From contig CAYMRP010000004.1 in the NCBI GenBank assembly GCA_964392925.1, forward strand, positions 7,184 to 71,183: DNA of 64,000 bases. The letters are read 5' to 3'. Every line of letters begins with the position of its first letter. Within the stretch, counting starts at the first letter, position 1. The notes under the pieces are model-generated. The model saw only the letters and a program-made list of their open reading frames with translations. It was not told the DNA's origin and did not search any database. This DNA is from an uncultured Gammaproteobacteria bacterium. GTDB lineage: Bacteria; Patescibacteriota; Microgenomatia; Daviesbacterales; UBA10151. Below are positions 1 through 10,346 of the stretch, piece by piece. A program made the translations under genes and the position numbers.

Positions 1-639
1 GTTATTGATTCCGTTGCCGCTCTTGTTCCTAAAGCTGAAATCGAAGGCGAGATGGGGGATGCTGTTATGGGTATGCAGGCCCGTCTTATGTCTCAAGCCT
101 TAAGAAAATTAACCGGTGCTATCTCTCAAACTAATACCATTGTTATATTCACCAATCAGCTCCGCCAAAAAATCGGTGTCATGTTCGGTAATCCTGAAAC
201 CACCACCGGCGGTCAGGCCTTAAAATTCTATGCTTCAGTCCGCCTAGATATCCGCAAAATTGAAAATATTAAACAAGGCGACCAAGTTGTCGGTTCTCGC
301 CACAGGGTTAAGGTTGTTAAAAATAAAGTCGCTCCTCCTTTTAGAATTGCCGAATTCGATATGGACGAAAATGGCGTAGTTCATCAAGGCGAGCTTCTAG
401 ATATTGGTATTGAAATGGGCTTATTAACTAAGTCCGGCGCTTTTATCAGATGGGGTGAAAACTTAATCGGCCAGGGCCGTCAGGCAGCCACTACCTATCT
501 CAGAGAAAACCCTAAAGAATCTGAAAAGTTAGAAAAAGATATTCGCGATGCTTGGGATAAGCAAAAATCCGGCGAAGATAAGCTCGTAGTTGGTCAGGAA
601 GAAGACAGTGACAACCCTGCAATAGAAGAAGCTGTTTAA
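1..639 (+). CDS. recA: Recombinase RecA, C-terminal part (5' end lies outside the window)
   Basis: In-frame from nt 1: [20 protein letters not shown]...[12 protein letters not shown]...[23 protein letters not shown] are canonical RecA core motifs. Confidence 0.95.
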   Translation, partial: VIDSVAALVPKAEIEGEMGDAVMGMQARLMSQALRKLTGAISQTNTIVIFTNQLRQKIGVMFGNPETTTGGQALKFYASVRLDIRKIENIKQGDQVVGSRHRVKVVKNKVAPPFRIAEFDMDENGVVHQGELLDIGIEMGLLTKSGAFIRWGENLIGQGRQAATTYLRENPKESEKLEKDIRDAWDKQKSGEDKLVVGQEEDSDNPAIEEAV

Positions 640-668
640 AAGTTTGAAACCTCCGTATAATAATTTCT

Positions 669-1646
669 ATGTCTGAAACCAAAGCGGGTCCTCCCAATCC
701 ATCTCGTCGCAAATTTATTAAAGGATTAGCAGCGGTTGCTGCAGTAGAAATAGTGTCAGCTGCAGGACTTGGGACTGGGCCGATAGGACATTTGGGAGAA
801 TATCTAACATCTTTAGCTAAGTTACCAGAAGGTAATATTACCCAAAGGCTAGGCCGGTTCGAAAGATTAGCGCATTTAGTAGCTCAAGAGCCAAGCGAAG
901 AAAATAAATATTTAGCTGCAGCGTGGGTGAAGTTCAATCTTGCAGAAGTTTATGCAGCTTCAAGCGGATTACCTTTATCATCTCAGCTAGCAAAACATTT
1001 TTTATACGGACTCGGAGAAACTGTTGATATCTCTGAGCGATACAAAAAAATAATCCTTTCGGAAGCTGCTAATCCTCCGCCTCAAAGTCAAGAAGTTGCA
1101 GATGATCTTATATCAGGCTATTTTGAATTTAATCTAAATGCTGCTCCATCTTTGCATCTAGTTAACCGGGAGGACATGAAATCTATTCATGAAAGAAGGG
1201 CTCCGAGTGTACTTGCTTTACGAGCCTTGGTCCAATCAGAAACTCGTGATCTTAGAACGGCGCTCCATAGTCACACAGTTAGTATATCTGGTCAAACTAA
1301 ACGGGCGGACGAAAGGATAGCCGACACCGCGATTACTCTGGATAATCCAACATTCGCTATTTATGATAGATATGATTGGGAAGATAAAATAGATGGACCT
1401 GGTGTTGATATAAATACTCATCAAGCAGCTATTCAATTTTTAACTAAACTAGGGGTTGATAATCCAGAGAAAAAACTAGCAGATATGCTTGGTGAACAAA
1501 ATGTAACTGAGCTAACTAAACATGGATGGAGGTTATCAGATAGAGAAGGAGCTGTCTTAGCTCAAAGAGGGTTTGCTCGGGAGTTTGATGTTAGGGCAAA
1601 TATTAGCTCGTCAAAGCCAATAAATCTTACAATACGTAACAGATAA
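669..1646 (+). CDS. Hypothetical protein with twin-arginine (Tat) signal peptide
   Basis: The N-terminus SRRKFIKGLAAVAAV matches the S/T-RRxFLK Tat consensus followed by a hydrophobic stretch. No recognisable catalytic motifs. Confidence 0.6.
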   Translation: MSETKAGPPNPSRRKFIKGLAAVAAVEIVSAAGLGTGPIGHLGEYLTSLAKLPEGNITQRLGRFERLAHLVAQEPSEENKYLAAAWVKFNLAEVYAASSGLPLSSQLAKHFLYGLGETVDISERYKKIILSEAANPPPQSQEVADDLISGYFEFNLNAAPSLHLVNREDMKSIHERRAPSVLALRALVQSETRDLRTALHSHTVSISGQTKRADERIADTAITLDNPTFAIYDRYDWEDKIDGPGVDINTHQAAIQFLTKLGVDNPEKKLADMLGEQNVTELTKHGWRLSDREGAVLAQRGFAREFDVRANISSSKPINLTIRNR

Positions 1647-1682
1647 AAAACTTCTGCTCTATTTGAGAATGTACGCAATTTT

Positions 1683-2354
1683 ATGAAGATTACTTCATTA
1701 GAACCTCAACAGAAAAATCCTCACCGCTTTAATATCTTCCTCGATGGCCAGTTTGCCTTTGGTGCCGATGAAGATCTTGTAGTCGAGCGCCGGCTGGTAA
1801 TTGGTAAAGAAATTGAACCGGCTGATCTAGAAAAGATATTCTCTGAAGCTGAAGTCGGCAAATTGGTTGAAAAAGTTTATGGTCTTCTAAATATCCGCTA
1901 CCGCTCAGAAAAAGAAATCCGTGACTACATGAGAAATCTCTCCTTTAAAAGAAAACTTAAAGACAAAGAGGAATTATCAGAAGTAATAATAGAAGCTTTA
2001 ATAGAAAAACTCAAAAAGCGCGATTTAATAAATGACCTGCGATTTGCTACAGAATGGGCTGCCGCTCGCCGGAAATCCAAGAAAAAAGGCATCAATGCTA
2101 TTAAATCAGAGCTTTTTCAAAAAGGCATTGATCGGGAAATAGTTGAGCAGGTTTTGAGTGAAGACCGTGAGGAAGGCTCAAGTGAGACTTCTTTAGCAAA
2201 AGAAGCGCTCGAAAAAAAACTCCGGCTATGGAAAAGTTTGCCTCCGGTAGAATTTAAACAAAAATCATTAAGATTTCTAATGAGTAAAGGCTTCAACTAC
2301 GACATTGCTAAACTGGTTACGGAAGCGGCAATGGAAGATGAGACAGAAGAATAG
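1683..2354 (+). CDS. recX: Recombination regulator RecX
   Basis: Size (223 aa), helical-repeat composition, and position downstream of recA. RecX-like segments (YRSEKEIRDYM..KKGINAIKSELFQKGID). Confidence 0.8.
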   Translation: MKITSLEPQQKNPHRFNIFLDGQFAFGADEDLVVERRLVIGKEIEPADLEKIFSEAEVGKLVEKVYGLLNIRYRSEKEIRDYMRNLSFKRKLKDKEELSEVIIEALIEKLKKRDLINDLRFATEWAAARRKSKKKGINAIKSELFQKGIDREIVEQVLSEDREEGSSETSLAKEALEKKLRLWKSLPPVEFKQKSLRFLMSKGFNYDIAKLVTEAAMEDETEE

Positions 2355-2531
2355 GTTTGGCTTCTAGAAAAAGCCCATCGGTTTACTCAATCTTGTTTTT
2401 TTTAGTTAAAAAACGTAAGATATACCCATAGTAGTAACTGAGGATTCAAAAATGGTGAATACTAATTTAATCATTCTCTAGTTTAATTTAAAACTCTTAA
2501 ACGGGTTTCTTCTGTAGCTGCTATATAAATA

Positions 2532-3887
2532 ATGAAACGCACATTTGGTTCGCCATCTTCATATCAGCCCTCATCAGCTCCAGCAGAGCCTAGAATAGAC
2601 GTTAATGCTAAAGAAACCGAGCTCGCTAAGCGCGAAGGTATTCTTGAGGAAAGAGAACGTTCAATCACCGAAAAACTTCAATCTTTAGATAAGAAACTCG
2701 AAACAGTAGAGAAGACTCGCAAAGATTTAGTTGAAAAGTTAGAAAAGTCTTCCGGTATGAGTGCCGAAGATGCTAAAAAGATCCTGCTTGAAAATGTTGA
2801 AAAAGATTTAAGCAGCGAGATCAGCAAAAAAATAACCGAAGCTGAAAGTGAAATAAAATTCACAGTTGATGATAAAGCCCGTCAGGTCCTGGCAGAAGCT
2901 ATGTACCACGGTGTCGCAGATTATATTTCCGAATACACAACTTCAACAGTCAAATTAGCCGATGAAGAAATGAAAGGCCGGATTATTGGTAAAGAAGGCC
3001 GTAACATCAAAGCATTCGAGCAATCTACAGGCGTTGATGTCGTTATGGACGATGAACGTCCCGATTCCTTAATTCTTTCTTCTTTTGACCCAGTTAGACG
3101 TGAAGTCGCTAAAATTTCGCTTGAAAGATTAATGGCTGACGGCAGAATGCACCCTCAAAGAATCGAAGAAATCGTTGAAAAAACTCAGTTAGACGTTGAA
3201 AAAATCATGTTCGAAGCCGGAGAAAAGCTTTGCTATGATGCCGGAGTCTTTAATCTGCCAAAAGAAGTTATCGCTATGCTTGGCCGTTTCAAGTACCGCT
3301 ACTCATTTGGCCAAAACTTAATCCAGCACAGCTTAGAATTAGTTAGAGTTGGTGTTGAAATAGCCCGTGAAATTGGTGCTGATGTAAACGTCGTTAGATT
3401 AGGTTGTTTGCTCCACGATATTGGAAAAGTAGTTACCGATGGTGAAGAGGGTACACACGTTGAAAAAGGCGTTATTTTTACCCGCCAGCATGGTATTCCT
3501 GAGCCTGTTATCGCCTGTATTGCCCAGCATCACGAAGACGAGCCCTTCTCTTCAGTGGAATCTATAATCGTTGCTATCTCCGACTCAATTTCCGGTGGTC
3601 GCCCAGGCGCTAGACACGAAAACGTCCAAGACTACTTCAAGAGATTAAACGATATTGAAAGAATTGCCAAATCCTTTGATGGTGTTGATAAAGCTTTTGC
3701 AGTTCAGGCAGGCAGGGAAGTTAGAGTTATCGTTATGCCGGATCGGATTTCCGATGATGAATTGCCAAAACTGGTTCACGATATCGGTATTCAAATCCAA
3801 AAAGAAGTTATGGTTCCAGGCGCTGTTAAAATTACAGCGGTTAGGGAAACCCGTTCCCAGGAATCTTTCTTAACTTCAGGTTCTTAA
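2532..3887 (+). CDS. rny: Ribonuclease Y (KH + HD domain), apparently lacking the usual N-terminal transmembrane helix
   Basis: KH motif IIGKEGRNIKAFEQSTGVDVVMDD; HD domain LLHDIGK...HHE; coiled-coil N-terminal region. Confidence 0.9.
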   Translation: MKRTFGSPSSYQPSSAPAEPRIDVNAKETELAKREGILEERERSITEKLQSLDKKLETVEKTRKDLVEKLEKSSGMSAEDAKKILLENVEKDLSSEISKKITEAESEIKFTVDDKARQVLAEAMYHGVADYISEYTTSTVKLADEEMKGRIIGKEGRNIKAFEQSTGVDVVMDDERPDSLILSSFDPVRREVAKISLERLMADGRMHPQRIEEIVEKTQLDVEKIMFEAGEKLCYDAGVFNLPKEVIAMLGRFKYRYSFGQNLIQHSLELVRVGVEIAREIGADVNVVRLGCLLHDIGKVVTDGEEGTHVEKGVIFTRQHGIPEPVIACIAQHHEDEPFSSVESIIVAISDSISGGRPGARHENVQDYFKRLNDIERIAKSFDGVDKAFAVQAGREVRVIVMPDRISDDELPKLVHDIGIQIQKEVMVPGAVKITAVRETRSQESFLTSGS

Positions 3888-3967
3888 TAATTGCTCAGTT
3901 TTGGACTGATATATTATTGTCAAGACTTTACAAACCTAAAGTAATTCGTTATATTTGCTTAACTTAA

Positions 3968-4240
3968 ATGACAAAAAATCAATTAATCGAAAAGGTCGCA
4001 AAAAAATCTCATCTAACAAAACGTGCAGCTCAAGATGCTGTTAATTCAGTTTTTGATTTAATTAAAGATAATTTAATCCGCGGAGAGAAAACAATCATTA
4101 CTGGTTTTGGTACATTCTTAGTTCGTTCTAGAGCCGCTCGCCGGGGCCGTAACCCTCAAACTGGTCAGGCAATTCAAATTCCTTCAAAGAAACTTCCATC
4201 TTTCGTTGCCGGTAAAACAATTAAACGCTTCGTTAAATAG
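3968..4240 (+). CDS. hup: DNA-binding protein HU
   Basis: 90 aa; MTKNQLIEKVA...GFGTF..R.ARRGRNPQTGQAIQIP is the HU/IHF signature. Confidence 0.95.
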   Translation: MTKNQLIEKVAKKSHLTKRAAQDAVNSVFDLIKDNLIRGEKTIITGFGTFLVRSRAARRGRNPQTGQAIQIPSKKLPSFVAGKTIKRFVK

Positions 4241-4247
4241 CTAGGTC

Positions 4248-5609
4248 TCAGCTCACCCAATAACTATTAATATACAGTACAGTCAAAAACCCCAGCATTG
4301 TTAAGGAAAAATACATCCAGATTTGTGAGTAAGTCTCATTTTTAATTAAAGCCAGAAGTATAAAAATAGGAAAAATAATTAATCCATATCTGTGAATCGC
4401 TGTTAATGTTCCTGTTGAAAGAGGAAGTATTAAACAAATAGCAAAAAATACCGTGTAAGATATTCTCAATTTAAAATAAGAAAATACCAGTAAAACACTA
4501 AACATGACAAAGAATAAAAACTCAATCAGGGTTTGCGCCCTTCCGCCTAATTGAAATATACCCACCTCAACCAGCGATTTAAAATATGTAATTGGTGAGG
4601 TCCATGGTGTTGTTAAATGCCGGTGCCAAAGTTCTTCATGCTCAACAAATGCAAAAAAATTATCTTGAGTCAAACCAAGAAAAGTACAATAAATAATAAA
4701 TGGTAAAAAAGACACTCCAATAAAAAACGTCGGTATCGAAATTATTTTTCTATAATCAAAATTCCTAAAAATGAATCTTATAACGAAAAAGGAAATTAAA
4801 AATAAACCAAACAGCATTAAAAAGTTGGCTGTGCTTCTTGATAAGCCGGCTAAAATGTAAAGTCTATTATTAAGAAGCACTTCCTCCGCAATAATAAATA
4901 ACACCCCAATACCTGCCATATAACTTCCAATTCTATTCAAAAAGTTGGCCCAGAATTCTTTCATAACCGGTGGTTTACTGGTTTTCAAAAAGTATTCTAT
5001 CGCGACTGCTAAAATCACCGCCAGCCCGGTTAGTCTCGTTACTGCGGAGAAGCTGGCAAACAGTAAAGCAATTATCCAGGCTTTTTTCCGGGCATAATAA
5101 AAAGCCCCAACTGTTAGAAATAAAAATAATGCTTCAGAGTAAACCGCTCCAAAATAAAAGGCAGTTGGAAAAGCTAAAGTTATATAGATTACTTTTTTAG
5201 CAACTTTCTCTTCGTAATCAAGAGCCGTCAATTTATACAAGTAGAATAAAGCTCCAATTGTCGCCAGGCTGGAGACTATTAACCCGCCCCACAATGAATG
5301 GATATTAATAATCATCAGGCCCCGAATCAGCATTGGATACAAAGGGAAAAATACCACCTGAAAAGGAATATAACCGTTCTCAGCAATTCCTCTGAAATGT
5401 CCGCCATCCCAATTCGCCCATTTTATCCAGTAATCAGCTCCAGCCCCTGCCCAGCCAGTTTGGCCCGGAGCTATTACTTGAGGTAAAAAACTCAGCCCAA
5501 AAAACCCAACTAGCGAAATAATAATTCTCCAGCCAGTAAATAGAGTCGCTGCTTCTTTAAGTATTAAAAAGTCATCCGAAGTAAAATATTTTTTGAAAGC
5601 CCTGATCAT
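4248..5609 (-). CDS. Polytopic membrane protein, probable GT-C fold glycosyltransferase
   Basis: 453 aa with >10 predicted TM helices. First of four tandem minus-strand polytopic proteins adjacent to a PMT-like gene. Confidence 0.5.
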   Translation of the reverse strand: MIRAFKKYFTSDDFLILKEAATLFTGWRIIISLVGFFGLSFLPQVIAPGQTGWAGAGADYWIKWANWDGGHFRGIAENGYIPFQVVFFPLYPMLIRGLMIINIHSLWGGLIVSSLATIGALFYLYKLTALDYEEKVAKKVIYITLAFPTAFYFGAVYSEALFLFLTVGAFYYARKKAWIIALLFASFSAVTRLTGLAVILAVAIEYFLKTSKPPVMKEFWANFLNRIGSYMAGIGVLFIIAEEVLLNNRLYILAGLSRSTANFLMLFGLFLISFFVIRFIFRNFDYRKIISIPTFFIGVSFLPFIIYCTFLGLTQDNFFAFVEHEELWHRHLTTPWTSPITYFKSLVEVGIFQLGGRAQTLIEFLFFVMFSVLLVFSYFKLRISYTVFFAICLILPLSTGTLTAIHRYGLIIFPIFILLALIKNETYSQIWMYFSLTMLGFLTVLYINSYWVS

Positions 5610-5611
5610 TA

Positions 5612-6931
5612 TTAGGGAGCAAATGGATTCTTAGTTAGGTTAAAATCAAAAAACTTACTAAACACATCCCGGGGTAATGGGATTCCGGTTAACATTGGAT
5701 AAACCAGCAAAAATCCTAAAACGACCATACCTAAAATTACAAAACCAATTAGCCGGCTTTTTTTGCTTCTAACCATAAGTTCGACTTGGTAACCTAAAGA
5801 TAAACATAAGAAAGGGATTGAAGGACTGTAATGATAAAGAAACATAATTCGGGGCGAGAATATCCAAGGCAGCCAGAAAACAAAAAATCCTAACAGTATA
5901 ATTATAAATCTGTCCCTGTCTCCGAGAATAATCGGCGGATTCTTATCTCCTTGAATTTCATGACTTATCGCCGATTTACCTTTTCGATAAGTCACAAGAA
6001 AATCATAAATCGTAATCAGCATCGCCCCAATCCCCATCCAAAACAAAACTGGATTCCCAGATGCAAAGATATTGCTTACCAGTCCTCCTTCTTTATGATA
6101 CTCAACAAAATACCAAACTGGATAAAGATTCAAAGGCCATGACCAAGCTGGTGAAGAGTAATCATGAGTCGCCACCAGATTTGAGTGATACCACCACATT
6201 TGTTTTTGCAGCTCTACGAATTGATCAGTTGTATGACCTAGAAAGAAAAATGGCAGATAGCTTATTAGATAAATAATTGGAGCCAGAACTGCAAAATATG
6301 AAACTGCTCTAACAGCCTCTTTAAACTTTATCTTACCTCTTAAGAAAAAATGTCCTATTAATAAACCATTCAGTCCCAGCAGATAAAAAGACGACCATTT
6401 GCTCGAGAATGCCAAACCTAAAAATATAGCTGATATAAAAAACTTTCGGTTAAGCAAACATAAAACACTCGCCAGCGCAAAAGTAACTAAATAAATATCA
6501 TTCATACCAGTTCTTGATTGAACAAAATTCAACCCGTCAAAAGAAAATAGAAATGCTGCAATAAGCCCAGTATTCTCATTAAAAATTCTCCGGCCTAATT
6601 TATAAACTAAAAATACACTAATAACTCCGAGTATTGCTCCAGGAAGTCTCCAGTCCCAAGCATCGGTTCTGCCTGTAATAAACATCGAGGCCGTCATAAT
6701 TTCTTTAGCTAGAGGTGGATGGGTCCATTCAAAAGCTACCCCTGGCGGAGGGACAGTCCACCATTCCCAAGCTTCTTTATTACCAACTAAATATTCTTTT
6801 GCTGTAAAGCCGTGATAAACCTCATCAAAAACGTATGCATTTGGATATTCTAAGCGGAACAAATGAAAAAACGCCGAAATTACCAAAATTATTATTAAGA
6901 GTCTGTTGGCCTTTAGTTTATTAAGAAGCAT
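5612..6931 (-). CDS. Dolichyl-phosphate-mannose protein mannosyltransferase-like (GT39/PMT family) glycosyltransferase
   Basis: N-terminal loop motif FDEVYHGFTAKEY is the PMT/GT39 DE-motif; multi-TM architecture. Confidence 0.7.
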   Translation of the reverse strand: MLLNKLKANRLLIIILVISAFFHLFRLEYPNAYVFDEVYHGFTAKEYLVGNKEAWEWWTVPPPGVAFEWTHPPLAKEIMTASMFITGRTDAWDWRLPGAILGVISVFLVYKLGRRIFNENTGLIAAFLFSFDGLNFVQSRTGMNDIYLVTFALASVLCLLNRKFFISAIFLGLAFSSKWSSFYLLGLNGLLIGHFFLRGKIKFKEAVRAVSYFAVLAPIIYLISYLPFFFLGHTTDQFVELQKQMWWYHSNLVATHDYSSPAWSWPLNLYPVWYFVEYHKEGGLVSNIFASGNPVLFWMGIGAMLITIYDFLVTYRKGKSAISHEIQGDKNPPIILGDRDRFIIILLGFFVFWLPWIFSPRIMFLYHYSPSIPFLCLSLGYQVELMVRSKKSRLIGFVILGMVVLGFLLVYPMLTGIPLPRDVFSKFFDFNLTKNPFAP

Positions 6932-8183
6932 GTTTATGTTTGATGGCTAGTTTGGATATGGTAATGATTATCACTACAAAAATCAAAGTTGAAAATATCG
7001 AAAGTACCTTCCCGTAACTTTCAACCGTCTCGTAAAAGCCAGGAATATACAAAGTCTTAGGTAATTTTAAATAGAACTCATTGTAATAAATATAAACGTA
7101 ATACAAATTAATTGTATGCAGTAAACTCAAAAGTACTGTACAAACTATTAGAACTCTATTTTTAAGATAAACGGAAATTAGGATTAAAAATGGTATAGCT
7201 GAAAATAAATATCTTTCGTGAACTCGGGTGGGCAAAAAGAAAAACGCCAGAAATCCTAATGTCGCGAGTGTATAAATATCAGAAATTTTCTTCTTATAAA
7301 ACAATATAAAAAAGTAAATCCAAAATACCGCCATAAGTAAAATCCCCCATGTTCTATATGAAAGTGGTCCTAGTGCAGTTGAGTCATCGATCCAAAATCC
7401 AAACACCCCCCACAAGTTATAGGCAAATAATGAATTTGCTTTATAGTCCTGAGCCATTTGAATAAATAAGTTTAAAAATCCAAACAATCTATCGGATGGG
7501 AAAAAAGGCATTGATAAAAGGAAGATTGCCGCAATTCCAGGTAGAGACAACTTTAATAAATTATTAACAATCGTTTTACTCGAATAAGTAAACCACAACC
7601 AAAAAACAAACACCGGTCCTATCGCAATTGCTTGAGGTTTTACTAGAACTGATATCCCAAAAAATAGCGATGCTAGAATAAGTTTCTTATGTGCTAAATA
7701 ATAAATTGAGAGAAATAAGAACAATGTCATAAATCCATCAAATGCTCCCCAAATTGCCGAATTAAAAATAAGTACCGGATTAAACAAACAAAACGCCAGA
7801 CCATAAAGCGCTAAATGTTCACTAACTGCTTTGCGTAAAACTTTATATACAAAATAAGACAAAACTAAGTCAGATAAAATAGATGGTAGTTTTAAAACAA
7901 AAAAGAAAAATTGATCCGACATAGAGAATAAACTTTTTATAAGCCCCAGCAGATATAAAAGATAAATCATCCCCGGTGTGTAGTTGGTCCAAATATCTTT
8001 TGAATAAAATTGCGACAGCCCTACATCAAAAGCCCTAACGCTCCAGGCAAAAAAAGTATCAGTATCAACATGAAATCCAGGAAAGGATGCAAAAATAAGC
8101 CGCATTAAAAATCCGGCTAAAATTAAATAGTAGACGACTAAATTCTTATGTAAATTATGCTGAATCTTTTTTAAATAAGTCAT
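6921..8183 (-). CDS. Polytopic membrane protein, probable GT-C glycosyltransferase (ArnT/PMT-like)
   Basis: 420 aa, many TM helices. Overlaps its neighbours by 11 and 29 nt, which suggests one operon. Confidence 0.5.
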   Translation of the reverse strand: MTYLKKIQHNLHKNLVVYYLILAGFLMRLIFASFPGFHVDTDTFFAWSVRAFDVGLSQFYSKDIWTNYTPGMIYLLYLLGLIKSLFSMSDQFFFFVLKLPSILSDLVLSYFVYKVLRKAVSEHLALYGLAFCLFNPVLIFNSAIWGAFDGFMTLFLFLSIYYLAHKKLILASLFFGISVLVKPQAIAIGPVFVFWLWFTYSSKTIVNNLLKLSLPGIAAIFLLSMPFFPSDRLFGFLNLFIQMAQDYKANSLFAYNLWGVFGFWIDDSTALGPLSYRTWGILLMAVFWIYFFILFYKKKISDIYTLATLGFLAFFFLPTRVHERYLFSAIPFLILISVYLKNRVLIVCTVLLSLLHTINLYYVYIYYNEFYLKLPKTLYIPGFYETVESYGKVLSIFSTLIFVVIIITISKLAIKHKHAS

Positions 8184-9390
8184 AAAACATTCTTATAACC
8201 AAAACGGGCATTATAAAACTCGAGATTATCATAATCCAAACCAGAAACATACTTATTCTACCTCCATTTAAGCTTTCAAGCCATTCACTATAATTTAAAG
8301 GATAAATATATGTATGCAAAATCGTTGTCAGAATAATTAAGAAAATATTTATAATCCATTTTCTTGACAGCAAAGTTTTAATCTCAATTAGCGGCAGCAA
8401 AAATAAAAACCAGGCCCAATATTGATTCGAAAAAACTTTATAGAAAACCAAGAATATCAACAAATTAAGTGCCACAAATTTATAATCAATCTCGTCGGAT
8501 CGTCGAAGTGTTTTATAGAAATAATATATGTTGAAAAAACCAACAGGCAAAATCCAAAAATAATTATAAAAGTTAATTGAAGGATAAACCTCACTTCTTA
8601 AAATTGCATTAATTCCGTAAGCACTCTCCATCTTTGGTAAAGGAATTCCCTGGATAATGTTCCAATAATAAAATAAGGAAGCCCAAACACTTTCTGTTGC
8701 CACAGATTTTAAATTATGAAAGTTATAGCTTACATAACTGTCAACAAAACTTATCTGGAAAACAATTGTGTACAAAAGAAAATAACTGATAGCCGCTGAT
8801 ATAAAAATAGAAAGAAGATAAACTACGCTTCGAAGGTGATGCCTTTTAAAACTTAGGAATAATAAATATGGCAAAAGTATTATTGGGTAAACTTTAACCA
8901 AAACACTAAACGCTAAAACCATCATTGCTACTTCCCGATGTCCTTTTTTCCAAAGATAAAAAACCAGAGTCAGCAAAAAGATAACTAATAAGTCAAATCT
9001 AAAAAGTAAAATCGGCCCCAAAAAAATAAGTAATACCGACAGCAAAATAATACCCCCGGTTTTACCCATTTTATGAAAAAGCCCCGCCGTCAAAACAATC
9101 AAAATAACATTAGCTATAAATAATCCCCATTTAAAAGTCTCAATTGAAGGATCAACAAAAAAGCTCAAACCCACTAGAAAGAAAAACACTAAAGCTCCGG
9201 GCTGATATTCATTATGGCCAAGATCACTAAGAGTTAAATTATTCCAGAAAAAAGTCGCCCTATCATGAAACGCAAAAACATCCGGATAAAGATGCATATA
9301 AAAAGTTGGATTAAGACTTGCAAGCAAAATATAGATAATTGCGATTATTAATGAGAGAATTGCGCCAAGCAGCATGATATCTCTTATCAT
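8155..9390 (-). CDS. Polytopic membrane protein of unknown function (GT-C-like)
   Basis: 411 aa, >10 TM helices. Start codon lies 6 nt from the divergent miaA start. Confidence 0.45.
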   Translation of the reverse strand: MIRDIMLLGAILSLIIAIIYILLASLNPTFYMHLYPDVFAFHDRATFFWNNLTLSDLGHNEYQPGALVFFFLVGLSFFVDPSIETFKWGLFIANVILIVLTAGLFHKMGKTGGIILLSVLLIFLGPILLFRFDLLVIFLLTLVFYLWKKGHREVAMMVLAFSVLVKVYPIILLPYLLFLSFKRHHLRSVVYLLSIFISAAISYFLLYTIVFQISFVDSYVSYNFHNLKSVATESVWASLFYYWNIIQGIPLPKMESAYGINAILRSEVYPSINFYNYFWILPVGFFNIYYFYKTLRRSDEIDYKFVALNLLIFLVFYKVFSNQYWAWFLFLLPLIEIKTLLSRKWIINIFLIILTTILHTYIYPLNYSEWLESLNGGRISMFLVWIMIISSFIMPVLVIRMFYDLFKKDSA

Positions 9391-9396
9391 ATTAAT

Positions 9397-10341
9397 ATGA
9401 AGGCAAAATTACTAGTTATTTTAGGTACAACCTCAACCGGCAAGACAGATCTTGCACTTAGTTTAGCCAAAAAATTTAACGGCGAATTAATATCTGCAGA
9501 TTCGAGACAGCTTTATAAATTCTTGGATATCGGTACCGGAAAACTACCGGCCAGCTACGAGTCTCTTGAGAAAGGCGATGGTTATTGGCAAATTGATAAT
9601 ATAAGAATCTGGATGTACGACGTACTTAGTCCAGACAAAAGATATAACCTTTACGATTATATTAATGAAGCCAGTGAGAGAATAAGAGATGTTTCCAAAA
9701 GGGGCAAATTACCAATTATCATCGGCGGCACCGGACTATATCTGAGATCGCTCCTGGAGGGAGTTTCAAATTATGGAATAACTGCTGATTCCGGACTAAG
9801 AGCCGAACTCGAAGATCTCGACATTCAGGATATTAAAAAACGAATCTCTCCATCTGTCTTAAGCCATTTAAACAACTCAGAAATTAATAATAAACGCCGT
9901 CTTATTAGACTTGTTGAATTATCTTTAGCTGAAACTCAAAAATCTGGAGAATCTTTCACAGGTTTGGCAGGGGAATACGATTTTCTAAAAGTTGGCTTAG
10001 AAACAGATAGAACTATTCTTAGAGAAAGAATTAGCCGCCGTTTAATATCCAGAATAAATCAGGGCATGATAGAAGAATCGCGCGATCTTTTAGATAAAAA
10101 TATATTAAGTTACGAACGGATGGAAGAATTAGGACTTGAATACCGCTACCTAGCCAAATTTATCAAAGGTGAAATTAAATCGGTAGAAAAATTTCTCAAT
10201 TTATTAACGGTTAAAATTTCTCAGTACGCTAAACGTCAGGAAACCTGGTTTAAAAAAGATACTGATGTTAATTGGTTTGATATCTCAGACAACGATTTTA
10301 CTCAGAAGGTAGAAAAGCGAGTGCTGGACTGGTACAATTAA
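9397..10341 (+). CDS. miaA: tRNA dimethylallyltransferase
   Basis: P-loop LVILGTTSTGKTDLALSLA followed by ISADSRQLYK is the MiaA signature. Confidence 0.9.
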   Translation: MKAKLLVILGTTSTGKTDLALSLAKKFNGELISADSRQLYKFLDIGTGKLPASYESLEKGDGYWQIDNIRIWMYDVLSPDKRYNLYDYINEASERIRDVSKRGKLPIIIGGTGLYLRSLLEGVSNYGITADSGLRAELEDLDIQDIKKRISPSVLSHLNNSEINNKRRLIRLVELSLAETQKSGESFTGLAGEYDFLKVGLETDRTILRERISRRLISRINQGMIEESRDLLDKNILSYERMEELGLEYRYLAKFIKGEIKSVEKFLNLLTVKISQYAKRQETWFKKDTDVNWFDISDNDFTQKVEKRVLDWYN

Positions 10342-10346
10342 CTTCT

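Noticed and set aside
2678-3873. Small internal ORFs (2678..2863 -, 3655..3873 +) within rny, and similar 60-130-aa ORFs nested in other genes
   Set aside because: They are embedded in or antisense to strongly supported CDSs and have no SD or conservation signal.
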